Position numbers and translations under genes: made by a program. From positions 1 to 39,494 of the IMG/VR virus record IMGVR_UViG_3300023179_000240: 39,494 bases of DNA, one strand, 5' to 3'. Source of the stretch: a virus. Its lineage: Duplodnaviria; Caudoviricetes. Within the stretch, counting starts at the first letter, position 1. Each line of letters starts with the position of its first letter. The notes beneath the pieces are model-generated. The model did no database searches. It worked only from the letters and a program-made list of their open reading frames with translations, and was not told the origin of the DNA. Positions 1 to 8,000 of this stretch are shown here, one piece after another.

Positions 1-142
1 TTGATATACTCCTTTGTGTTTGTCGATCCGAACTAGGAGCAGGTTTCGGATCGGAAGGCGGCGAAAGTTCTCTTCAAATAGATTGGCGTATGCGGCCACC
101 TGAAAGTCATGGGAATCATAGAGGGAATTGGAAGTCTTAAAA
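1..142. repeat. Terminal redundancy (left copy); indicates a circular/complete phage contig
   Basis: Bases 1-126 are identical to 39353-39478; 127-142 match 39479-39494 with 4 mismatches. Confidence 0.95.
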
Positions 143-666
143 TCCACCAACGTCAAATCCTCATGCTGATCCAGACCAATCAGGTCAATCGTCCCCCCGA
201 AGCGATAACATTCGCTAACCAGTTGCATCTCCACGGCCACGGGGCGCAATCCTGCCTGCTCAAACCACGCCCGATAGGCGGAGAAAGCAACCTGAGCCTG
301 CTTAACCTCCTCACCATCGCACTCAGATAGGTCGGGTTCCCAACCAAGCAGATCGCACTGACAAAGAAAGTGGGCAATCGTCCCGATCCTTCCGGCAGTT
401 TTAAGCTCCTTGTCAGGGCTTTTCCCCTCCCTGCCTAGCTTTGCTCCCCAGTGAACTAGGGCTGGCTTAGGGATAAACTGCAAGGCTCTGGTCGTGCCAT
501 CCACCTCAGTCCCGTCTTTCAGGAAATACTTCTGGTGAGGCTCATTCAGATCCAGCTTAATCACCTTATGTTCCTTTTGGGGTAAGGTTATGCCGTATTC
601 GGCAAACCTCTTCTGTAGGTGAGCGGATATATCCCCAGCCTTTTTCTTTCTTATCCCTTTTGGCAT
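1..666 (-). CDS. PD-(D/E)XK exonuclease (Cas4/RecB/lambda-exo-like), N-terminal part; ORF continues across the circular junction to 39260 (252 aa total)
   Basis: Hand translation from ATG 666: MPKGIRKKK...GTIAH...VEMQLVS...GGTIDLIG...LVDFKTS...QVAAY. It is missing from the ORF track because it wraps the contig end. It lies next to the annealing protein gene. Confidence 0.85.
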   Translation of the reverse strand, partial: MPKGIRKKKAGDISAHLQKRFAEYGITLPQKEHKVIKLDLNEPHQKYFLKDGTEVDGTTRALQFIPKPALVHWGAKLGREGKSPDKELKTAGRIGTIAHFLCQCDLLGWEPDLSECDGEEVKQAQVAFSAYRAWFEQAGLRPVAVEMQLVSECYRFGGTIDLIGLDQHEDLTLVDFKTSNSLYDSHDFQVAAYANLFEENFRRLPIRNLLLVRIDKHKGVYQ

Positions 667-675
667 ATAGTCCTA

Positions 676-1356
676 TTACACAGTATCAATACGCTTCTTC
701 TTCCAAGCCCTAACAGCTTTACCCAGTCGCTCATGCTTGGAACCAAGCTCTTTAATCAGTCGTTCAGGAAGGCGAATCCAATCCCCCTGCACATCCCCCT
801 CGTCAAACTCCCTTCCCTGATCTGCCAAGAACTCAACAAGATCCGACCCCGTAATGTCCTTATTTGCCAATAAAAATGACTCCACCCTTGCGATTGATTC
901 AGCCGAAGTCAGGCTCTCCGCAGGAATCTCCATCTTTACGATCTTGTCCTCGACTTTCTTTGACTCCTCCTTCTCCCCGCTAACCACCAGCATATCATCC
1001 TCCTGCTTGATCGCCCCGCATTTAAGCATCTCATCAAGACTTGCCCCTCCGCCAAGCCCCATAGAAGCCAAAGCCCTTCCGATTGCGGAAGTTTCAGCGT
1101 TCTCCAATGCGGCATTTCCATTGATGTTTCCCTGCCATTTGGCCTGACTATGCCCTGTAAAATATCTCTCAGGCCTATCGGTGTCCGGCGTTACCCTAGC
1201 CTTAACAAAAACCCACTCAGCGGGATTTCCGATAATCTCAGTGGCAATCATCCCTCTTGGATAGGACTGCATAAACACCGAGATCCGGCTCTCGACTAAA
1301 TGATATTGTTTTCCACCTCGGATATTAACCGATTTCAGGGTCATAGTTTGATTCAC
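676..1356 (-). CDS. Single-strand DNA annealing protein (Sak3/Rad52-like phage recombinase)
   Basis: Motifs YHLVESRI..F...YPRG.I.TE, VKARV, FTGHS and ALENAETSAIGRALASMG; adjacent to the exonuclease. Confidence 0.6.
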   Translation of the reverse strand: MNQTMTLKSVNIRGGKQYHLVESRISVFMQSYPRGMIATEIIGNPAEWVFVKARVTPDTDRPERYFTGHSQAKWQGNINGNAALENAETSAIGRALASMGLGGGASLDEMLKCGAIKQEDDMLVVSGEKEESKKVEDKIVKMEIPAESLTSAESIARVESFLLANKDITGSDLVEFLADQGREFDEGDVQGDWIRLPERLIKELGSKHERLGKAVRAWKKKRIDTV

Positions 1357-1651
1357 TTTGGTTCTCTCCTTCTTCGTTTGGGTTGCTTGTTGGTTTAACT
1401 GACAAATCTATCGGACGACCTAGGACATTTAAGGTCACACGCTTTTTCCTGTCTGGACGCTTGCCGTTGACAAGGCAGGCTTCCACCCAAGATTTATGTG
1501 TAAGCCTATTGTTCCCCTTACAACGGCGGACGTTATTTCTCCACATCCAAACTTTTGCGGAAGATTGTTTAATTCCCAAAAAATGAGCCACATCTCTCAC
1601 CGTCCACCACTCCTCTGTCCCAGCCCGTCCTATTTGTGGTGCGTAGTCCAT
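1325..1651 (-). CDS. Excisionase-like / MerR-type HTH DNA-binding protein
   Basis: WWTVRDVAHFLGIKQSSAKVW is an HTH_17-like pattern; transcribed divergently from the integrase operon. Confidence 0.65.
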   Translation of the reverse strand: MDYAPQIGRAGTEEWWTVRDVAHFLGIKQSSAKVWMWRNNVRRCKGNNRLTHKSWVEACLVNGKRPDRKKRVTLNVLGRPIDLSVKPTSNPNEEGENQSESNYDPEIG

Positions 1652-1686
1652 GCCATGTAGCTAGGGGTTATGTAGTCATATCACAA
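1652..1686 (-). promoter_or_regulatory. Putative leftward leaderless promoter for the Xis/recombination-replication operon
   Basis: Minus strand TTGTGA-17 nt-TAGCTA-6 nt-ATG(1651); overlapped by GACTACAT/GCTACAT repeats. The -10 is non-consensus. Confidence 0.4.
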
Positions 1687-1765
1687 GATGTATTTAACAA
1701 GCATCCATAGGTATTAGTAGGCTAATGTTTGACTATAAGTTATTCTAATAAAGCTACCAATGGTA

Positions 1766-1804
1766 TTGCCATGCCAATTAGAGCCCATGTAATCTAGTTA
1801 CATG
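1766..1804 (+). promoter_or_regulatory. Putative rightward leaderless promoter with palindromic operator over the RHH start codon
   Basis: TTGCCA(1766)-18 nt-TAATCT-6 nt-ATG(1802); inverted repeat CATGTAA-TCTAG-TTACATG at 1786-1804. Confidence 0.55.
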
Positions 1805-2044
1805 AACCAAATCAAACACAGAGCACCCAGAAAGACGAAAGAGGGGGGGCTGTCGGATACCATCGGATTCAGAGCCCCCAAGGAAACACGGGAGAAACTT
1901 GAGAAGCTTTCCAAGCTTCTTAAATACTCCTGCAACCTTGTAGTGATTGAGGCCGTTAATTCCGTATATGACATGATATATACGGGGCCAACGCATACTC
2001 CGGCATTTATTCTGCGGGGCCGAGCCCTCAAAGACATCGTTTAA
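1802..2044 (+). CDS. Ribbon-helix-helix (Arc/CopG-like) regulator, candidate repressor
   Basis: TIGFRAPKETREKLEKLSKLLKYSCNLVVIEAV fits the strand-helix-helix RHH pattern; ends 1 nt before the integrase start. Confidence 0.6.
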   Translation: MNQIKHRAPRKTKEGGLSDTIGFRAPKETREKLEKLSKLLKYSCNLVVIEAVNSVYDMIYTGPTHTPAFILRGRALKDIV

Positions 2045-2045
2045 T

Positions 2046-3074
2046 ATGGCCTCCCTGATTCGGCGTGGCGACTATTGGCATCTTGGCTGGATGCAAGATG
2101 GCAGGTGGAGGCAGGTATCCACCAAGTTCAGGGCAGAGGGGAAGGCTCCCCCAATCGAGGCTCAGGAACTCAAGCTCCGCAAGGAGAAGGAGATGGCCTG
2201 CTTGATCGCAGGGCTTGAATATGTAAAGCCCATCACGATCAAAGAAGCCTTGGCCGAATGGTCTCAGATCGACAAGCAGACTTGCAGTTTTGGCACTTGG
2301 TCAAATCACCAGAGCTACGTCCCAAGGAGGCTTGAGCCATTTAATGACAAGCTGGTATCCCAATTTAACGAGGCCGATGTTCAGCAGTTGGTAGCCTCCC
2401 TGAATGCGGAGCCCACCAGCTACGCCACCAAAAGAGTCATGTTTGCCAGTTGCAGTTCATTCTGGAAATTCTGCATGGGCAAAGGATATGCCAAAAAGCC
2501 CCTGTTCGTCCTGAGCATGATGAAGAAGATCAGCGGGGACAGAAACCCAAGGTTCGAGAAAAGAGCCCTGACCCCAGACGAGGAGGAGCGGATTTTTTCT
2601 CACCTAAGCGGGTGGGTGCTCACCTGCTCAATGATAGCCCTGTGGACTGGGGCTAGGGTGTCAGAGGCCATCAGAGTGCGCCCTAGTGACGTTGATTTCA
2701 TGGTTGGGGAGATAAGGTTCAGGGAGAAGAAGCTCGGCGGGAGGCCCATTGTGAAGCAAATACACCCTACCCTGATGGCTTTTTTAAGAAACCTGTCCAT
2801 TGATGATTACCCGCCGGAAGGCATGAGGGAAACTTGCCTGTCTGATAGATTCCAAAGGGCGGCAATTAGGGCTGGGGTATCCAACGCCACCTTTCATTGG
2901 CTCCGGCATACATTGGCCTCAAGGCTGTTTGAAGAGGGTATTAGTGAACGGGATGCGGCGGCGATTCTGGGGCACACTCAGGCCGTTCATAAGACCTATG
3001 CCCATGCCTCACGGGAGAGGCTTAAAAATAAGCTCTCCTTGGTCAAGAATGTCGGGTTTTTGTCGGGTAAGTGA
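2046..3074 (+). CDS. int: Tyrosine recombinase / phage integrase
   Basis: Catalytic motifs TGARVSE (R), K, HWLRHT (HxxR), ILGH and KTY (Y); 342 aa with an N-terminal arm-binding-like segment. Confidence 0.93.
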   Translation: MASLIRRGDYWHLGWMQDGRWRQVSTKFRAEGKAPPIEAQELKLRKEKEMACLIAGLEYVKPITIKEALAEWSQIDKQTCSFGTWSNHQSYVPRRLEPFNDKLVSQFNEADVQQLVASLNAEPTSYATKRVMFASCSSFWKFCMGKGYAKKPLFVLSMMKKISGDRNPRFEKRALTPDEEERIFSHLSGWVLTCSMIALWTGARVSEAIRVRPSDVDFMVGEIRFREKKLGGRPIVKQIHPTLMAFLRNLSIDDYPPEGMRETCLSDRFQRAAIRAGVSNATFHWLRHTLASRLFEEGISERDAAAILGHTQAVHKTYAHASRERLKNKLSLVKNVGFLSGK

Positions 3075-3251
3075 CCAAAAATGGGGTACTTTATGTTACC
3101 GTTTGGCTACACATGGCTACATTAAATCGTCACCCGACTCTTAAAATTATGTAGTCAAGTGTGTAGTTAAGCCTACGCCAAAATAACCAGAGATTTCTTA
3201 ATATATTGTGGCTACAATAAGTTACAAATAGATTGTGAGGTTAATGTCGGG
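3048..3251. other. Putative attP site
   Basis: AT-rich non-coding gap right after int. TGTCGGG occurs at 3050, 3061 and 3245 (AATGTCGGG at both ends), with inverted CCCGAC at 3133. TGGCTACA-type repeats at 3104, 3114 and 3219, inverted variants at about 3150 and 3162. Confidence 0.65.
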
Positions 3252-3252
3252 A

Positions 3253-3996
3253 TCAACTTGCAAATAATTCAGCCTCTTCCCTGCGCCTAATCTGAACCCC
3301 TCGAAGCGGGGAACGTAGCCCCATTTGCTTGATGAGTCCGGCCACTGGGCGGGTATTGGAGCGCACAAGGCAGTTATAGACTTCCTTCATTTCGGATCTT
3401 GTAGAGCCTTCCAACGAAGTTCCCCGATTGTAGGTGAGGCTGACAAGGGCGGTCTTTTGGCGGTCATTCAGGGAATCGAAGTTAGGCCAAAGGCGATAGG
3501 CCTTCATCAGCCAAATAGGTAGGGTGACTTTCGTGAACTGCTCCACCGCCACCTCGTAAGGGATCGTTACGTTGATGACATCCCTGAGCTTCCCAGCGGC
3601 CTCCCGTCCCTTCAGCCCAGCAACCGAGGCAAGCTTCTCAATATCCTCCGAGGAGATATATCCCTTCCAGTCAGACCTAACCTGATCCGGCGTGGAGTAC
3701 CCTAGGTCGTAACCAACTCCAACCGTAAGGCCACAGTCGTCCGTGATCGGCTTTATAGGGACGCTTAAATAACGCATATAATACCTAGGCCCACCCGTCT
3801 CCCAATCCACGATCCTTTGAATCAAATCCCTTGGAGGGAGCCAGCCTCGATAAGTTGTGATGTTCGGCTTCTCTGCCTCAACCTTGGCCTCCTCCTTAGC
3901 CTTGGCCTTAACTTCCTCTTCCTCTGCCCTCTTTTGATCCACGATCTGCTTAAACCAACTCATGCCCCTAGCGAGGCCGTCCGTCACTGATCTCAT
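3253..3996 (-). CDS. Endolysin, lysozyme-like muramidase (pesticin C-terminal/GH24-like)
   Basis: IVDWETGG...GLTVGVGYDLG...ALVSLTYNRG...RRREEAELF. Start set at ATG 3996 from the ATGA overlap with the upstream gene. Confidence 0.85.
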   Translation of the reverse strand: MRSVTDGLARGMSWFKQIVDQKRAEEEEVKAKAKEEAKVEAEKPNITTYRGWLPPRDLIQRIVDWETGGPRYYMRYLSVPIKPITDDCGLTVGVGYDLGYSTPDQVRSDWKGYISSEDIEKLASVAGLKGREAAGKLRDVINVTIPYEVAVEQFTKVTLPIWLMKAYRLWPNFDSLNDRQKTALVSLTYNRGTSLEGSTRSEMKEVYNCLVRSNTRPVAGLIKQMGLRSPLRGVQIRRREEAELFAS

Positions 3997-4628
3997 GCTA
4001 TCCTCCGTTTTTCTTCTCCCCAAACCACCAAGGAATACCGAGTCCCCCACCACACGGGGCAGGCTTTATGAAGCAAGTAGCAAGGGAAGATAGTGGCAGA
4101 TCCTTGAGCCCTAGCCTGTTTCTTCTTGTCCCACTTATGGGCTTTAATCTTAAGAGCTCCGCCAAGATAGGCCTTGGGATCGCATAGATTGACGACCATC
4201 GCCACCTTTCGGGTATCCCCATCGGCGGCGTTGTCAAAGTGCCAGTTATAGAATTGAAACTTCTTATAGATGGTGAATTGAAAAGTGTGGGAAGGAGCGA
4301 GAGAGAACCCAAACACCCCCGCTCCAATTACAGTCAGGACTTTATCCAAGCGGTCAAAGACCCACTCGGTAGAACCTGCCCGACCAACCCACGAAATTCC
4401 GCAATTCCTGTCCCATACCCTCTTGTCCTTGCCGCCCTTCGTACCAAGCCCCTTCGTAACATTCTGGGCCAACCCCACCTCAATAATCCTCCGGCATTCC
4501 TCTTGGGTAAAAACCTCTGGAATAGTCACGGCATCACAAGCCCTCGTATTCTTAGGTTGCTCGATCTCCTGAGCCACCTGATAGCCCGTCACCAATGTCC
4601 CAAATCCAACCGACTGAGCCATGTTCAT
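3993..4628 (-). CDS. 2OG-Fe(II) oxygenase (PKHD/prolyl-4-hydroxylase type)
   Basis: FQFTIY...YNWHFD (HxD), RKVAMVV, YLGGAL, IFPCYLLH (H), GTRYSLVVW (RxS). Start probably ATG 4628 (ATGA overlap). Confidence 0.88.
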   Translation of the reverse strand: MNMAQSVGFGTLVTGYQVAQEIEQPKNTRACDAVTIPEVFTQEECRRIIEVGLAQNVTKGLGTKGGKDKRVWDRNCGISWVGRAGSTEWVFDRLDKVLTVIGAGVFGFSLAPSHTFQFTIYKKFQFYNWHFDNAADGDTRKVAMVVNLCDPKAYLGGALKIKAHKWDKKKQARAQGSATIFPCYLLHKACPVWWGTRYSLVVWGEEKRRIA

Positions 4629-5005
4629 AGATCGCTCACAATCCGCCAGCTTGAGCCAGTTTTGGCGTAGCACTTCTTGTTCTTGGATGGACAATCCCTT
4701 GGACGGAACACCCAGAACAAATCATCCTCCATCCCCCAGCAAATGATGTAATCGCAGGATTCCTTTGTGTAGCGATTCTTTGTGCCTGATCCCCGTGAAG
4801 TCATAAATCCGTATCGGTTTCTCTCTGGGTCTCGCCTCTCAGAGCACTTCACCTGAATCCGAAAAAACTTTCCCTCTTTTTCCGCAACCAAATCGTATCC
4901 CCCGTTGTCCTCGGAGGGGATAAGAACGGAGTACCCGTTCCGCAAAAGAGCGGTGGTCACTCGGGATACACCCACTGCTCCGATCTGACGGTTGTTTAGT
5001 CTCAA
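4625..5005 (-). CDS. PD-(D/E)XK endonuclease, PDDEXK_5 / I-Ssp6803I-like family
   Basis: IGAVG...LLRNGYSVLIP..DNGGYDLVAEKEGKFFRIQVK...YTKESCDYI matches the family pattern. Confidence 0.75.
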   Translation of the reverse strand: MRLNNRQIGAVGVSRVTTALLRNGYSVLIPSEDNGGYDLVAEKEGKFFRIQVKCSERRDPERNRYGFMTSRGSGTKNRYTKESCDYIICWGMEDDLFWVFRPRDCPSKNKKCYAKTGSSWRIVSDL

Positions 5006-5034
5006 GATTGGGTTCTTGCACTAAGCAAGTATGT

Positions 5035-5049
5035 ATGCTTGTTACACTT
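5035..5049 (-). promoter_or_regulatory. Copy of recurrent asymmetric motif AAGTGTAACAAGCAT
   Basis: Exact 15-mer overlapping the stop codon of the large ejection protein. Confidence 0.7.
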
Positions 5050-8000
5050 TCTCGTCAAGCAATCCATTATATCTCTTTAACACCCTCATCATCATGGCTT
5101 TCTGAGTCTCGTTATTCTTATCAATCCTCTTTTGGATGGCGGGATTGTCGCCCTTTTCAAGAACCGCCTTCAACCTCAATCTCTCAGCCCTAAGCTCCTT
5201 CAAGGCCTGTTCCGTATGCTTGATCTGCTCCACCATCTTGAGCTCCGGCGAAGCCGATGATCGGATCTCGGCTAGTCTCTTTGTGTCTCTAGTCGTCTGG
5301 GCAAGCTTAACCTCATCAGCGACAGTCAGCACTTCCCTCCGCAAATCCTGATACCTTACCGTGTCAACGTAGGAAGGAACTGCCCCATACACCTTGCGGG
5401 TTAGCGGAACATTCCCCACCAAATCACCCCAATCCAATTCGCCCCTGCTTGCCTTGGAAACATTGCTACCCAAGAAGATCATTCTTTCGGCAAACTTCCC
5501 AGCGGAGCCAGTCAGGAAGTCAAAAACCTGCCCAATCGTTTCTGGACTAATGTCGATCTTGCCAGCCCTTACCTCGTTCCCTCCCGTGAGCTCGTTGATT
5601 TTTTGAGCCACGGCCTTTGCAATCGGCCCCACGTTGCTCCAATACCTTTGCGAGTTTGGAGGAGGGGTTGCATCAAAAGGACTTGGCGTGGGCATAATGG
5701 GTCTGCCCGAGTAATCCATGTTAAGGGCATAGTCCGTGATGGGGCTGATAAGGGTTGGGGAAATGCTTTGTAAAAGCGACTTGGATGCGCCCAATGGATT
5801 GAAGTTGTCCAGAACCGCCCCAGTCAGCTTGACCAAGGCCTGAGTCTTGGATGCGCCTCCTCCTAGGGCTTCCTTGGGGCTTACTTCATTCAAGAGTTGT
5901 CCGGCGTAATCAAACACCGAGTACCCGTAAGGCATGGGAATCTTGAAATACTCCCCGTTGCTATTGGGCTTCATAATGATGAAATTGGTTTCCTTAACGT
6001 ACTGAGGAATCTTGTCGTAGTAATCCTCCCCAGTCTCGTCCTTGCCCCCAACAACCCTGTTCATCATCGACCTGAAGAATCCGGCAACCATCACTCCGGC
6101 CAAAATCTTCCTGACCTTGGGGCTGGATGCGATGGCCTGAATGATCCTTGCCGAGCCTTGAATGTTGGCGTTGGCAAACAGATAAACAGCATTGAGCAGA
6201 GGCCCAGCGGTTCCCTTTCTTGTGAAATTGACCGTGATGTTTCGAGCCGCATAAGCGGCCTTCTGAACCGAAAAACCGTTCTCTCTTAGGGTGGAATAAG
6301 TTGCAAGCCTTGTGGCATTCTCAACCGCCGAATTGAGGCGAGCCAGCTTGTCCAGAGCCACCTCGAAAACCTTTGTGTAGTTACGATAAGATCCATTACC
6401 CAAGGCCTTCTGAATGTCTGTCTGAGTGGCGGCAATGTCCTTGAGGCCAAAGAAAGTCATCCTTCCGCCAGCCGCCTTAAACTCCTTATAATAAGCATCC
6501 ATCTTTCCGTTCAGGTCTGGCTTGCCCATCTCCGCCCGATAAGTAGCTCTCATGGCATCTGGGACGCTCTTGATTAGCCCAGCGGCGAGTCCCTTGGCAT
6601 TCTCTCCGCTGATATTGACCAGAGCCGTTTGCAAGTCCCTAGCAAAGTTGGCGATAACAAACTCCGGCGAGGCCTGTGTATTCACATAAGCCAAATAGCG
6701 GTTCATGCTGGATAGAAATTGAATGATTGGGCCAGTGGTGGAGCTCGCCCTGTTCTTCATCACATCAGCCAGCTTGGGGTCGTTAATGCGAAGATACTTG
6801 GTTTCCCCGTTGTCCTTGAAGGCGATGATGTCCTTGGCGTTTGTGTCTCCTATGTCGCCCTTTTGAACCAGTTCAATAATTCCGTTGTCCCTGTAGCGCA
6901 TGGCAAACTGAGCGGCTGTCTGAAGAACCCTGTTCTTCTCTGCCCTAATAATGGAATCCCTATGAAGCTGGATCGAATAGGCCAATGGGTCGGGAGCAAT
7001 GCTTCCCCTTCCCTCGGCTATCTTAATGTCGTTCCCCCTGACATCGTACCCCGCCCCCGTACCAACAGTTCCCACAACCTCGTCCTCGGTTGCCCCAGCC
7101 TTGCCAATTAGGGGAACGTAATCTTGGTATCTGTTGGAGAGCAGGTCGTAAGTCTCGCCGGAAATTAACCCGCCCTCCCATAGATTGCGTAAGGTATCCT
7201 TGTTCAAGGCAACAAGCTTCTGGCGGATTGGCTCCATCTTCTTTTGAGCCTCAAGCGGAATGATTGGGTTATTCCCGTTCAGCAACGCAGAAATCTCTGA
7301 GTTGGTTAGGCCACTCCCGCCATCAGGCTTCGACACATCCCTCTGGGCAATGACCGTATTCCTCTCCCTTCCGTGCTTGGCTTGGGCATATAGCTCAAAA
7401 TCCTTCCGATCCACCCCGCTCCTACGAAGTTCGTTCAGTAATGGCTGAACCTTTGTGTCCTCAAAATCACTAACCCGCTCGCCAACCCTCCCGTGATAAA
7501 GCTCCTCTCTTTGCTTGATGTTTGCGCTTTCGGCAATCGGGGCACGAATATCATTACTCACCCTCTTCTGAAGGTTCTCCACATCCACAAACTTGTCTTG
7601 GAATGTCCTGCGAAAATTATCCAATCCATTCTGAAGCTTCCGCCTGACTGGAACCTGCTCTCCCTCCGGCCTGACTGCCTTGTATTGGGCTATCTTCTGC
7701 TCAAGCGTAAGTTTTGGAGCCTCGGTCTTCGGCATTGTCGCATTCCTGACCTTGACCCCCTGAAGCGGATCTCCGTCCCTGTTTATAGCCTTATCAGCAA
7801 AAATAATGGAATCTTCTTTGATTGTCCTAGTCCCAAACTTATCCGGCCCCTTGATGGTTCTTGAGTAGTTCTCTGGGTCAATGTCCAACACCTGAAAATA
7901 GTTCTCTCCGCTACGGATGATGTCGCCTACCTGAAGATCGGATGTCTTGAAGGAAGTCTGTCCTTCCTTTGGCTTCAGGATCTCGGATGCGAATGCCTGT

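Noticed and set aside
1-666. Cas4 as evidence of a CRISPR system
   Set aside because: No Cas4 C-terminal Fe-S cysteine cluster, and the context is a recombination module.
4625-5005. Group I intron carrying the endonuclease
   Set aside because: Flanking genes are intact and tightly coupled, leaving no room for an intron core.
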